Below, one piece after another: positions 1 through 13,399 of a stretch of DNA of 64,000 bases (position 1 is its first letter; the number at the start of each line of letters is the position of its first letter). The translations under genes and the position numbers were made by a program. The DNA comes from Hypanus sabinus (Eukaryota), in NCBI RefSeq assembly GCF_030144855.1, contig NC_082706.1:14942001-15006000 (forward strand). Direction: 5' to 3'. Under the pieces are notes generated by a model. The model was given only the letters and a program-made list of their open reading frames with translations. It had not been told where the DNA came from and did no database searches.

Positions 1-832
1 TTCAAAATGGTTAATTCTTCATCATTATGTGCTTGTCATTCCCTCTTATAATTTATAGTAGTACATAGGGCTCATATGTCTAAAGACAAGTTCTCTCATT
101 GTATTGCTGATATGTCTCCTTACTGTGACAGATGTAATAATGGAGAGGCTTCATTAATTCATATGTTTTGGTCATGTTCGAGCCTTGAAAAATACTGGAA
201 AGATGCATTCCAAACATTTTCTGTACTTTTTAAAGTTAGTTTTAAGCCCGATCCCTTGACTGCCTTATTTGAGTTACAATTTTGGAGCCTTCTCATTCGC
301 CAGTACTGGCTTTTATTTCTCTTATGGCTAGGAGGGCGTTCTTGCTTAAGCGGAAGGAGGTTGCCCCCTCCCCCCAAACATGCTCAATGGTTATGTGATG
401 TTATGTCATGTTTAAATCTAGAGAAGATTCATTGTTCGATTTCTGATTCTAACCAAGATTTTCAAATGTTATGGGGGGACCCTTTCTGAACTATTTTAAA
501 AATCTTTGAATTGTTATTAAAATATAGATCTGGGCTATAATTATAAAACACTATATGGTAAAAATACTCTTTTTTTTCCTCTTGTTTTTTTTAAACCAAC
601 CAGCTTTGTCTTGGTAGGGGGTGTAGATTTTTTATAATATAATTAACCACACTATTGTTTTTCATCAATCAATTTATTTTATTTGATTGATCATCAATAT
701 GGGATACTATGATTGTATCAATGTGATTTATATATAATGCATTTTGTGCTGTCTTATTTTGATTTATAATAAGTATTTCTTTATTAATATTGTATTTGTG
801 TAAATGAAACTTAATAAAAATATTGGAAAAGA
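1..832 (+). mobile_element. L1/Tx1-clade LINE 3' end (ORF2 C-terminal zinc knuckle, 3' UTR, A-rich tail), degenerate
   Basis: ORF 76-489 contains CDRCNNGEASLIHMFWSC; AATAAA and A-rich end near 812-832; homologous to 3532-3969. Confidence 0.8.
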
Positions 833-969
833 AAGTTCTCTGTTCTAAAAATGATGTGGTTGTTTTCACATTGTTTTTGGGTGCAAAAGTTCAAATGTTG
901 CACTTTGTAGCATCATGCTGCCAAGTCAAAATAATTTCACTTGCTGTGAAAATGCTTGGGAGATATCAG

Positions 970-1450
970 AGTCAGAAACAGGTTTAATAAGAAAAAAAGT
1001 AGCGAGGTAGTGTTCACGGGTTCAGTGTCCATTCAGAAATCTGCTGGAAGAGGGGAGAAGCTGTTCCTAAATCATTGAGTGTGCACCTTCTGCCTCCTGA
1101 AACTCGTTCCTGATGGTAGCAATGAGAAGAGGACATGTCCTGGGTGATGGGGTCCTCAATAATGGATACCATCTTTCTGAGGAATCACTCCATGAAGATG
1201 TCCTGGATACTATGGAGGCTAGTGCCCATGATGGAGCTGACTGAGCTTACAACACTCTGCAGCTTCTTTTGATCCGGTGCAGTAGCCCAAACCACACCCC
1301 CCCCCCCATTCTGGATGGTGATGTAGACTGTTAGAATTCTCTCCTTGGTACATCTGTAGAAATTTGTGACTTTGGTGACAAACCAAATCTTCTCATACTC
1401 CTAATGAAATACAGCCACCGTCTTGCTTTCTTTGTAGCTGCATCAATGTG
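970..1450 (-). mobile_element. Rex1/Babar-type LINE 3' fragment
   Basis: Reverse complement of the recurrent IIKDPHHPGHALFSLLPSGRRYRS-type LINE tail. Confidence 0.65.
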
Positions 1451-1511
1451 CTCTAAATCTTAAGTCCATATATCCTTCCTTCCTACACTTCTTACTACCT
1501 TAGTAAAGCAG

Positions 1512-1736
1512 TGATGCACCATCAATAACTCTCTGAGACTTGAGGCGAGATATAGGCTTTTATTGACTAGAAGAAAGAACAAGCAGCAATTGACCACCAT
1601 ACTACATCCTGGAGACTGAGGACCGGGCTCAGGCCCCAATCGCCTTTATACCGGGGTCTGTGGGAGGAGCCACAGGAGCAGTCAAGGGGGGGGGGGGGGG
1701 GGGGCGTGTCCAGACAGGTATATGTAGTTCACCACA
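1512..1736 (-). mobile_element. Solo LTR with 5-bp TSD AGCAG
   Basis: TG...CA ends; AGCAG at 1507-1511 and 1737-1741; TATAAA and AATAAA on minus strand; same family as 11293-11496. Confidence 0.85.
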
Positions 1737-2221
1737 AGCAGGCAATGCAATTAAAGGTCCCACTTACCCCGGACATTCCTGTTTATCACCCTCCCACTGG
1801 GCACAAGATACAAAAGCCTGAAAACACTTACCACCAGGCTCAAGGACAGCTTGGTTCCCACTGTTGTCAGACTACTGAGGTCTCTTGACCTCACACTATC
1901 TCATTATGACCCTGCACTTTATTATCTGCTTGCACTGCACCTTCTCTATAACTTTTTAATTCTGCATTCTGTTATTGTTTTCCCTCATATTAACTTAATG
2001 CACTGTAGTAATAAAATGCACTAATGCACTATGTAAAAAAGACTTTCCTCATTCTGTGCTCATGTGTAATAATAAACAGGTTTAGTAATTCGGCAGGACT
2101 AACTGTGGAAGTATATCTGTAACCCTGAAGTCTTTATGAATTTGTAACCTTTTTGTAAAATGTAATGTAACAAAATGGAACCTATGAAATCCCAGAGTGC
2201 TTTGCTGGTTTGAATGGAAGG

Positions 2222-2223
<2 letters not shown>

Positions 2224-2261
<38 letters not shown>
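2224..2261. repeat. (GT)n microsatellite
   Basis: Direct reading. Confidence 0.95.
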
Positions 2262-2263
<2 letters not shown>

Positions 2264-2723
2264 ATGGTGGGGTGGGATGAACCAGATAAGATACAGATAA
2301 TGGAGGAATATTAAGGAATGAAGCAACCCAATTACTGTTCTCTGTAAAAAGTATAAAAGTGCTTTGTTTTGAACACAAGATCAAAGCTATTTTCCAGACA
2401 AAATAGCACTTCCTCCAGAACCAAGGTTCAGAACATATTACCAACAGTTAATACACAGCAAAAGGCACATGTAGCGCTTACAAGATAGCAAGTGAACGAA
2501 CAGTCACATACCAAAAAAATTATAGCCCAAGTCCCTGGGTGACATGTCCTGTAAACTTATGGAGCATGGGTGTTGTTGGCAAGAACAAGCACCTCTCAGC
2601 AGTCCATGGATGAACACACACACACCAATCCAGCTTGTCATCTCACTAGTTGAACACCATCTGGACATGATTGATAACGTATAAGCAACATGGTCAGAGC
2701 GAGCAGCTAAGCTGTGTACTTAC

Positions 2724-2818
2724 TGGTACAACTACAGCTGCAGGGTGTGAATGAACATCTTCCTGTCCTCCTCCAGGCTGGAAAGGGCTGTACAGTTTGT
2801 GAGTTGGTGGCTGAGAAC
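2724..2818 (-). CDS. Unidentified minus-strand gene, coding exon 3 (SSQPPTHKLYSPFQPGGGQEDVHSHPAAVVVP); gene continues past the window start
   Basis: Acceptor ttttcccttcctcag, donor CCA|gtaagt; phase-1 start matches the previous exon. Confidence 0.75.
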
Positions 2819-3069
2819 CTGAGGAAGGGAAAATCATAATGGGATAACAGTGCAGTGCATACACAAACTGTATCATCCTACTCTGCAAATCAAAACTCCC
2901 ACAGAATACCCTTTTGGACAATCAGATACCTGGGTTTAGTGTTGTTACAAGGTGTTAGAGTCAAACAGTAAGGACACAAAGTCTATAGTAACCATCAAAT
3001 ACCCATTTACACTTATTCTACGTTCTCCACGTTTCCATCAAATGACCCTAGGTTCTACCAGTCACCATA

Positions 3070-5108
3070 CAATGCCTGGTTCCAGAGGACTGAAAGATTA
3101 CAAATGACACTCCAATCTTTAAGAAAGAGGGAAAGCAAAAGAAAAGAAATTTTAGGCCAGTTAGCTTAACCTTAATGGTTGAGAAAGTGTTGGAGTCTAT
3201 TATTTTTTAAAATATTTTTATAAATTTTTTATGCATTTCTACAATTACTATGACAAAAACCCAACAACAAAATAAAGATTAATACAGTGCAAGATAAACA
3301 TGGTTCAAAATAATAATGAAAGAGCACCCAAAATAAAGTCATGTAAAGTTAGTATCCTCCCCCCAGCCCCTGCAGAAAAAAAAACTCCAGACCAACCACT
3401 GCAAGATGTAGGAAATATAAATCGGAGCATTCAAACCCCCAAAACTGTAAATGAAAATAAGAACAAAAGATAATAATGCCTACTACCAAAGAAAGAAAAA
3501 AAAGCTGAAAGTAAGGGACTGAAAAAAAGACTTAATCTAAAGGGGAGTTATGAAAATATTTAAGAAAAGGTCCCCACACATTATGAAACTTTATGTCCGA
3601 ATTGAGAAATGAGTAGTGAATTTTTTCAAGATCTAAACAGGACATAATATCATTAAGCCATTGAGCATGAGTGGGTGGGGCAACATCTCTCCACCTAAGG
3701 AGAATTAAATGTCCAGCCAAAAGAGAAGCAAAAGATAATGTTTGACATTTAGTCGGACTCAGATGTATATCCGCCTCACCCAAGGTACCAAAAAGAGCAA
3801 TCAGAGGGTTAGGTTCTAAGTGGCAATTAAGAATATGGGATAAGGTTAGGAAAACTTCCCTCCAAAGTTTCTCTAGACTAGGACAGGCCCAGTACATATG
3901 AATAAGAGAAGCCTCACCACTTTTACACTTATCACAAATAGGACTAATGTTAGAGTAAAATCGGGACAATCTAGATTAGGATATATGAGCCCTATGTACA
4001 ATCTTAAACTGTAAAAAGACAGTGGTGAGCACAAAGAGAGGTTGGATTAACTGACTTGAGAATTGAGTCCCAAACTGCATCAGATAAAGAAACATTTAAG
4101 TCATGCTCCCAAGCAACTCTAATTTTATCAAAGGGGGTGCACCATAGGGGCACTAATTTCTCATGAATAAAAGATATTAAGCCTTTACCCAGTGGATTAA
4201 TAGAAAGAGAAAGGTCCACAACGTTTTTCTCAAGCATCGCAGGAAAATTGGGTAATAAAGGATTAATGAAATGTCTAATTTGAAGGTACCTAAACAAATG
4301 GGCATTAGTAGATTGAACTTAGCAGAAAGTGGTTGAAAGGTTGTGAAATGATTATCGATGAAAAGATCTTCAAACTGCCTAATGCCCTTTCTATACCAAT
4401 CATGAAATGTTGAATTGTGCATAGAAGGTAAAAAAAAAAGATGAATTTGCAAGATAGGACTAGAAAGGGAGAAAGCATGAAGGCCATTAAATTTTCTAAA
4501 CTGGACCCATATTCTCAGAGTATGTCTAACAAGAGGATTAACAATTAGTCCAGGCAAGCGACTAGGGAGTGCAGATCCAAGAATGCAGAAATAGAGAGAT
4601 CTTTAGTGGAGTTCAACTCCATTGCCACCCATTTAGGACAATCAGACTGGCTATGAAAAAGGGACCAGAAAGTAAGACAGCGAATATTAGCTGCCCAGTA
4701 ATATAGACAGAAGTTAGATAAAGCCATGCCACCGTCTTTTTTAGATTTTTGGAGGTATTAAGTCTAGAACGCTTACCGTTCCATAGATAGGACAAAATAA
4801 TAGAGCCTAAGGAATCGAAAAAGGTTTTAGAAATAAAAATTGGAATAGATTGAAATAAGTATAAAAATTTAGGAAGGATATACATTTTAATAACATTAAC
4901 ATGACCTACCAGAGACATAGATAAGGGTGAACTTTGTGACAAACTCTGTTTTGTAGAGTTCAAAAGAGTCTATTATTAAGGACAAGGTTTCAGGGTACTT
5001 GGAGACTAATGATAAAACAAGCCAAAGTCTGCATGGTTTCTGTAAAGGGAAATCTTACCTGACAAATCCATCAGAGTTCTTCAAGGAAGTAACAAGCAGG
5101 GTGGACTA
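3070..5108 (+). mobile_element. CR1-type LINE RT fragment split by an L1 insertion
   Basis: CR1-like sequence at 3070-3204 resumes at 4978-5108. Confidence 0.7.
3205..4965 (-). mobile_element. 5'-truncated L1/Tx1-clade LINE (RT C-terminus to zinc knuckle), frameshifted, 12-bp TSD
   Basis: ORFs with KMYILPKFLYLFQSIPI and CDKCKSGEASLIHMYWAC; GAGTCTATTATT at 3193-3204 and 4966-4977. Confidence 0.85.
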
Positions 5109-5112
5109 ACTA

Positions 5113-5651
5113 CACTCAGTGGCCACTTTATTAGGTACACTTGCTCATTACTGCAAATACCTAATCAGTCATTCATGTGGCAGCAACTCAATGCATAAAA
5201 GCATGCAGACATGATCAAGAGGTTCAGTTGTTGTTCAGATCAAACATCAGAATGGGGAAGAAATGTGATCTAAGTGACTTCAACTGTGGGTTGACTGTTG
5301 TTGGTGCCAGATGGGGTGGTTTGAGTATCTCAGAAACTGTTGATCTCCTGGGATTTTCACACACTAAAATTTACAGAGAATGGTGCAAACAAAAAAAGCA
5401 TCCAGTGGATGAAAATGCCTTGTTAATGAGAGAAATAAGAAGGGAATGGTCAGACTGGTTCAAGCTGACAGGAAGGTGACGGTAACTCAAATAACCACCC
5501 GTTACAACAGTGGTGTGCAGAAGAGCATCTCTGAATGCCCAACAAGTCAAACCTTGAAGTGGATGGGCTACAGCAGCAGAAGACCACGGACATACACCCA
5601 ATGGCCACTTTATTAGATACAGGAGGTACTAATTAAAGTGGCCACTGAGTG
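5113..5651 (+). mobile_element. Non-autonomous Tc1-like element with transposase N-terminal HTH remnant
   Basis: TIRs CACTCAGTGGCCACTTTATTAG / TAAAGTGGCCACTGAGTG; MGKKCDLSDF...GARWGGLSISETVDLLGFS. Confidence 0.85.
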
Positions 5652-6530
5652 TTGTTTAGCATCCTGAACAACTTAGGGATATGAGAGGAAAGCAAAGCAC
5701 ACAGAGGAACCCATCATGCACAATGGGAAAAGGTGCAAACACCAGACATCGGACATCAGTAATCATGAAATCTTGCATTTTGAACCGAGAAAGGATTGAG
5801 AAAGTACTTTACAAACACTGAGAGTATGGAAATAGATAAGGCTCATGTTGATAAATTGTAAAAATTAATGAAAGCTTATATACAGAGAGGCAGTTCCTTA
5901 ATGTTGTTATAGCCAGGGGTGGTAATAGGGACAAGTCCCCTCAAACTATTAAATGCTCCCAGTGGTGTGTGCTTCAAATAGCCTCTGACAACCCAAGACC
6001 AGCTCCCGGGCCTTCACATGTGGCTTGGCTACAGAGCCTGGCAGACCATTTCTACTGACAGAAGAAGGGGCTGGGGGATGACAACTACTGACGTCTTAAA
6101 ACCTGATGGGGCTAGTCAGCTCATCTAGGAGAAGATACACCCTGTCCAGTGAAATCAATGCCAAACTTGAACAGAAATGACTAATTTGTTGTATGCTTAG
6201 ACCCAGAAAGGACTGAGCCAAGACACTCTATTCTTACTGTACACAGACTCCTAAAAACATTGAGGAAAATACTAATAGTAAAGTTGCAATCCAGGTTAGA
6301 GACAACACAATTTGTAACTTATCCTACTGAACTATTATTTTTGTACATGCAGTGGACTTAAAGGGACTTGGTGTCCACATAATGCCTGTAAGTCTTCATA
6401 AACATTCATCTAAATGGCCAAATTTAAAGTTGCCTCCAACCCTTGATTTTGTTCTGTGAATTCCTCAAAGACTAAGTTTTTGGTCTTGCTAATATTCACT
6501 GCCCAGATTTTAAGATGACCAAATGCTCAC

Positions 6531-6788
6531 TATCTGGCTGTGATTGGTGGCTCTGATGAATGGGCTGAAAACTGTAGTTTAGATCCAGTCCTTGGTGAGT
6601 GATCGTAGGTGGTCTTGAATACGAAGTGGGTGTTGCTTTGTTTGATAGGCAGATGGAGTTTGGAAGGGTGCTGGGATAGCAAAGAGCAGAGGTAGTCATT
6701 GCCCACTTGTGATCAAGACCAGTAGAATTGACATCGAAGCTCGAAGGCGCGTGAATTGACCAGCTCAGTTCATTTGGCGGCTGATTCT
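6531..6788 (-). CDS. Unidentified minus-strand gene, coding exon 2 (ENQPPNELSWSIHAPSSFDV...HQSHQSQPD)
   Basis: Acceptor tttatttttcag, donor GATA|gtgagc; 258 nt, phase 1-1, open throughout. Confidence 0.75.
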
Positions 6789-7249
6789 CTGAAAAATAAA
6801 ACCAACACTATTTCAAAGATGGTGTGGATCATCCCCTCCTCCCACTGTAAAGTTGAAATCACATGAATTTTTATCATGGTCATAACTCTACAAGACTACC
6901 AACTTCTGAAATGGAGGAGCCCAGGCTGTGAAATATAGTGGTTTGCCTTCTACTATGGGATAATAACCAAAGCAACAACTGTACTTCCAAGCTCCTGAGG
7001 TTTTCCCTAGTCCAGATGATCAGTAATACATCTCTCCATCTTTCCAATGATGATGGATGTCTGATTATGTACACACATCCCAGTAAATGCTGAAGCTTTT
7101 TTGTTTTTCTTAATTGCAATCACAATGAATTTTCTTTAGCTTAAAGTTGAAGCCGCACAAATCATTGTATTTGTTGGTAATTAACCCTTTAATAATTAGC
7201 TCGAACACCTCTATCCACCTCACAGCTCAATGGCATGAAGAATACATCC

Positions 7250-7816
7250 CATAGTAATAATGGCATGGTTATTGGTGTTTGATGCACAGCGATACAGTCG
7301 ATGCACACAAAAAGCGATGGACACAGACCAGACCAATGCTGGAAAAATCCCTCCCCACCACTGAGCACATCTACAGGAAGCAATGCCACAAGAAAGCAGC
7401 ATCCATCATCAAGGACGCCCACCATCCAGGCCATTTTCTCTTTTCAAGGCTGCTATTGGGAAGGGAGGTACAGGAGCCACAGGCCCCACACCACCAGGTT
7501 TGGGAACAGTTTTTACCCTTCAACCGTCAGGCTCCTGAACCAGCATGGATAAATTCACTCACCTCAGCACTGAACTGATTCCACAACCTTCTTTCAAGGA
7601 CTTTATCACTCAGGTTCTCCGTATTATTTATCTATTTATTTGTATTTGCACAGTTTGTCTTTTTTTGCACACTGATTGTTTATTAGACTTTGTGTATATT
7701 TTTCCATTGATTCTATTGTATTTCTTGGTCTTACTGTGAATGCCCCAAGAAAGTGAATCTCTGGGTTGTATGGCAGCATATACATACTTCGATAATAAAT
7801 TTACTTCGAGCTTTGA
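7250..7816 (+). mobile_element. Rex1/Babar-type LINE 3' fragment
   Basis: KKAASIIKDAHHPGHFLFS motif followed by the family 3' tail. Confidence 0.7.
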
Positions 7817-7936
7817 GATCAGGCAAGCAACAGACATGCAACTGAACTCTGGTGTTTCAAGTTACTCTGTAGATCACCCTGCACTTTCAGTACACTTGTG
7901 AAAATTTTCTGCCTTCTAGTTCATTGATTACATATT

Positions 7937-8500
7937 CAGTGGATTCCAGTTAATTGGGACACATCGGGACCAGTACATTTTGGCCCAATTAAGCAGCTGG
8001 CCCAATCAGCCAAAGCTTCATGGAAATCATTAAAAAGGTATTAAAAAGACAAACTATCGTTTGATTGAGTAACAAAATATGTATTTAAATTAAATACAGA
8101 ACAAACAAGAACACTATAATACTATAAAACTATATTAGTTTTTAATAGTTATCGAAAGAGGAATTTACTCAGTGTACGCTGCTGTGTTCTTTTGATTAAC
8201 TGTAAATGAACAAAATCTGCAGACACCTAGTTCAGACAATGGACTGCTTCATGCAATCCTTCCGATGATTGTATCCTCCAAATCTTCATTTTCATTGTAA
8301 CATTCAAGATGATTGTCAACACCTTCAAGTTCTTCATAGTTCCTAACTTGTTGAAGTAATTAAAATATTTCATTTCACTCCCGACCGTTTTTGGCATTTT
8401 GCACCAAAACTGCAGTGAGCAAAACAGTTCTGAATTGGTTAACTGCTTATTTCTCAGCAGCTGTCAGCAACAAAAAACAGTATTAATCCACATCCTTAAC
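7937..8500. mobile_element. pogo/Tigger-like non-autonomous element (partial)
   Basis: Terminus CAGTGGATTCCAGTTAATTGGGACAC; inverse homology to 56712-57345. Confidence 0.6.
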
Positions 8501-9869
8501 AACGAGCCATATGAACATTTTTCAAACACAGATCTACAAAGGAGAATCCATCCAATGCCAGATTTCATCAGATGTCCCACCACAATAAAAATCTGGCTCA
8601 TGTTAAAAATGCCTCCACCAACTTCATGTGACCTCTGTTAAATATCCACTGTGAACACAGATATTTTCTTTCACTTTCATGTGGGCTTTGAGACTCTGCT
8701 AAAACTGATACAAAGAACTGGGGAGTGGAGGGGAGTGAAGCAGATTATTAATGAAGAGGTGCAGAGCAGCAGAGGCCGCAGGCTCAGATTACTATCACTG
8801 ACTTACATGACACATTTGTTGTCTTCCAGCACCAGTAAAATGCAAAGACATAAAATCATACCTTACAAAAAAAAATTGTGCAAATAAAAGGAATAACGAG
8901 GTAGTGTTCATACTTTCATTCAGAAATCTGAAGGCAGAGAGGAAGAGATTCTTGTTAAGTTATTGAATGTGGGTCTTCAAGACCCTGTACGTCAAAACCA
9001 ATGGCAGTAACAAGAGGGGGGTGTGTCTCAAGCAGTGAGGGTCCTTAGACTGGTGAACAGCATGCAGTACCAGGTGATATTTCAAATAATACTACAAAGG
9101 ATAATATTTGTCTTTGTTAGACGCTGAGAAATGCAGTACATTGTTTTTGATTCATTTTCATGCAATTATCATTTCTCAGTTTCCTAATACAATAGTCAGC
9201 ATTATGCCAAACACTCAACTGGCAGTCAAGTTAGCTATAGCAAAATGGAGACTTGACCCAAAACTGTACATTTCTCTCCACAGATGCTGCCTGGCCCATG
9301 AAGCTCCTCCAGAAATGCCCTTCTTGCTCCTGGAACACCTTGCCAAGCCAGATCATGAGAGGACCTTCACCAGGAGCACTGCAGCAATTCAAGACAGCTC
9401 ACCACCAGTTCCTCAAGAGCAACTAGGAATCGTTAGATTCTGCTGACCTCGCTGATGGCACGCAGGTCTCTCAAATGAATGATTATAAAATCCATCCCTG
9501 CTTTTCAAGCGAGGTTTTTAAATTATATTATTTATTTTAATAAATATCAAATTACATTGAAATAATATTCTTCTTGTAATTTTCAACTGTTCAAGATTTT
9601 TTAAATAATTATTTCCCCCTTTAGATAAATAATTTGCTTTTCTTTTCATTTAACCTTCTGTTGTAATCAACAATGCCAGGATAGATAGATACACACACTT
9701 CACTAGGTACACCTGTATACCCGCTCATTGATGCAAATATCCAATCAGCCAATCATCTGGCAGCAACTCAATGCATGAAAGCATGCAGACATGATCGAGG
9801 GGTTCAGTTGTCGTTCAGACCAAATATCAGAATGGGAGGGAAATTGTAAGGTATGTAAGGTATGATCGT

Positions 9870-12750
9870 GGCTGAAAGATCATAGTTGGGAGCTTAACAT
9901 CCAAGGATATACCTTGTACTGAAAGGACAGGTAGGTAGAAGGGGTGGGGTGGCTGTGTTGGTTAAAAAAAATGAAATCAAATCCTTAGAAAGAGATGACA
10001 TAGGATCATAAGTTTGTAGAATCCTTGTGGGTACAGTTAAGAAACTGCAAGGGTAAAAAGACCCTGATGGGAGTTATACACAGGCACCCAAACAGAAGCC
10101 AGGATGTATTACAACAGGAGATAGAAGATGCATACCAAAAGGGTAACGTTACCAAAGTCATGGAGTATTTCAATATGCAGGTAGATTGGGAGACTCGGGC
10201 TCGTGCTGGATCCCAAGAGAGAGAAATTGTAGAATGCCTATGAGGTGGCTTTTTAAAAGCAGAATGTGGTTGACCCCACAAGGGAATGGAATTCTGCAAT
10301 TCTACACTTAGCATCAAAGAATGTATAAATTATACAACTTGAGATTTGTTTGTTTACAGGCAGCCACAAAGCAAGAAACCCGAAAGAAACCAATTAAAAA
10401 AAATAAAGACCAACACCCAATGCATAGAGAATGGTAAAAAAAAGACACAAATAATGCAAACAATAGAAATAAGCAGCAACAGTTCAAACCAAAATGAGTC
10501 CTTAGATCAGAACCCCAGAGTAGGCCCAAAGCCTAGGTATCAGTCCATCATATTAGCAGACATGGCGCATAACAGCCAGGACAGTCCTCCTAGCCTCAGA
10601 GAGCAGTGAACATTGCGAGAGAGCGAGCGAAATCAGCTCTTGCCTCCAATCCCAACACCTGGTCTTTCCAGTATGTCTGGGCCAGTGTTTAAATTGTCCA
10701 AACAGCACATCATACCTCGCAGTAGACCCGGGCATGCCACCAGTGACTCCCTCTGGGTCCAGAACCCACCACCTAGTGACTCACTCCGCAACTAGATTTT
10801 CCCGCTCTCAGTTTCTCCAAATTGGCTTAGCACCCAGAAATTCAACCTCGCATCTGAGCCAGTTGTATGGGCATCGGAACCCCTCTACCCCAACTTCTCC
10901 TCTCTGAAAGGCTCACTCCATCTGCATCGATTCTGTTAGGTTTCAGCACAGATCTCTTGAATTCACTTCACCTTCACTCACCTCTACATTGTTTGCAGTG
11001 ATAGGTTACTACAATTTACAACTACAAGTTGCACTTGTAGTACAACTTACTACAATTTATTAGTAATGTTTTTAGTCATTGTTTATGGTTGTGTTTAATA
11101 AGCCAGATTTGTTTAGGAAACTTGAGAGGAAAAAAAACTCTCAAGCAGTGACCATAATATGATAGAATTAACCCTGTGGTTTCAAAGGGAGAAGATAAAG
11201 TCAGATGTAAAGTGAATTACAGGGGCATGAGAGTGGAGTTGGTCAAAGTTGATTGGAAGGGGCTACTAGCAGGAATGACGGCAGAACAGCAATGTGGTGA
11301 ACTACGTGTGCCTGTCTGGACACGCCCCCTGCTGACTGCTCCTGTGGCTCCTCCCACAGACCCCTGTATAAAGGCGATCGAGGCCTGATGCTCGGCCTCA
11401 GTCTCCAGGATGTAGTATGATGGTCACTCACTGCTGTTCCCTTCTTCCAGTCAATAAAAGCCGATATCTCGCCTTTACGGTTTCCATACACCATCAAGCA
11501 ATGTCTGGATTTTCTCAGGGCAATTTGGAAGGCACAGGACAGATACATCTCAAAGATGAAGTATTCTAAAAAGAGGTTGGGGCAACCCCTGGTTGACAAG
11601 GGAAGTCAAAGACAACATAAAAGCAAAGGAGAAGGCACATAGTCTAGTAAAAATTAGTGGGAAGTTAGAGGATTTGTAAGCTTTTAAAAACCAACAGAAG
11701 GCAACTAAAATAATACCAAAATATTTTCAGAAGGATACCAAAATATTTTCAGATATGTAAAGAGTAACTGAGAGTCAAAAGTAAATATTGGATCACCGGA
11801 AAATGATGCTGGAAAGGTAGTATTGGGGGAGAAAGAAATTGTGGACAAACTTAATAAATATTTTACATCAGTCTTCACTGTGGGAAACAGTATGCCTGAA
11901 ATTCAAGAGTGTCAGGGACAGAAGTGATTGTAGTTGCTATTACTGAAGTGGTGGTGTTTGGGAAGCTGAAAGATCTGAAGGTAGATGTGTCACCTGGACC
12001 AGTTGGACTACAGCCTGGGTTCTGAAATAGGTAGTTCAAGAGATTGTGGAGACATTGGTAATGATCTTTCAAGTATCACTGGATTCTGGGATGTTTCTGG
12101 AGGACTAGAAAATTGCAAATGTCTCTCCACACTTCAAGAAAGGAGGAAGGGAGAAGAAAGGAAAGTATAGGCCAGCTAGTCTGACTTCAGTGGTTGGAAA
12201 GATTTTGGAGTCCATTATTAATTATGAGGTTTTGGGAGGTGCATGGTAAATGCCAGAGACAGCATATAGGGGAAATCTTGCCTGACATATCTGTTAGAAT
12301 TCTTTGAGGAAATAACAGGCAGCATAGACAAGGGAGAGCCAGTGAATGTTGTTTATTTGGATTTTCAGAAGGCCTTTGACAAGGTGATTGCACATGAGGC
12401 TGTTTAACAAGATAAGAGCACATGCTATTACAGGAAAGGTACGAGCATGGATAGAGTATTGGCTGAGTGGTAGGAGGCAAAGATAGGGATAAAGGAGGCC
12501 TTTTCTGGTTGGCTGTTGGTAACTAGTGTTGCTCCAAAGGGGTCAGTACTGGAAGCAATTTTTTTCACATTACATGGAGCAAATGTTTCCTATAGTTGGC
12601 GAGTCTAAGACCAAAGGGCCTAACTTCAGAATAGAAGGACATCCCTTTAGAACAGATGAGGAGGAATTTCTTTAGCCAGAATTCATTGCCGTGGACAGCT
12701 GTGGTGGCCAAGTCATTGAGTATATTTAAAGTGGAGATTGATAGGTTTGT
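9870..12750 (+). mobile_element. Decayed CR1 LINE (endonuclease to 3' end) with nested insertions
   Basis: Broken frames with WVQLRNCKGKKTLMGVI, YLDFQKAFDKV and MRRNFFSQ. Confidence 0.75.
11293..11496 (+). mobile_element. Solo LTR with 5-bp TSD AGCAA, nested in CR1
   Basis: TG...CA ends; AGCAA at 11288-11292 and 11497-11501; TATAAA near 11367, AATAAA near 11453. Confidence 0.85.
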
Positions 12751-13188
12751 TTTCTTATGCCTCAAATGGATATATATATATATCCTTCCCTGCTTGGCTC
12801 CATCCCACGTCTCTTTCCACCTATCACTTGCCAGTTCCTGCCTTTCCCCTCCTCCTCATCCCTTTATAACAGCCATCTCACTCAGTCTTGATGCAGGACC
12901 TCAACCCAAAATGCTGACAATCCTTTTCCTTCCAAGGGTGCTATGTGACCTGCCGAGTTCCTCAAGCAGCTGTTTATAAATACTTACAAATGTTTGTATG
13001 TATGTAACATATCTCCCCACAAAAATATTAATTTTTGAATTCCACAGGATGTCTTGTATAAGGATTGAGGAGGTAAATTCCAGTAATGATAAGGTACTGT
13101 TTAACAGGGCTTTGCACAATTCTGTGAAATGCTTTAATCGTTTTGCAAGGTTTGAACAAATAATAGCAAAAGGAAGAAGCACTCCTAC

Positions 13189-13333
13189 CATATTGCTGAC
13201 GGTACGGCTCTGATGAATATGGCCGACTGGGACGTATCTCCACACCATCCATTTGTTGCTTCAGTTGATCTGAGGTTACTTTAATCTCCTGGTATATTGA
13301 GATTTCCTGAGATTGAGTGCTGGTCACCAACAT
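13189..13333 (-). CDS. Unidentified minus-strand gene, coding exon 1 (MLVTSTQSQEISIYQEIKVTSDQLKQQMDGVEIRPSRPYSSEPYRQQY); full exon 13369-13189
   Basis: Acceptor gccttttacag at 13370; ATG with A at -3; donor ATG|gtagga; phase 1 joins 6788 to make GAG. Confidence 0.7.
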
Positions 13334-13399
13334 ACTTCCAGTGGACCCTGTGGCTCCTGCTCACGGGATCTGTAAAAGGCAAGATTTTCCCCTTAATGA

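Noticed and set aside
13361-13363. In-frame TGA as selenocysteine
   Set aside because: No SECIS can be assessed (3' UTR outside the window), no redox motif, and a good ATG follows
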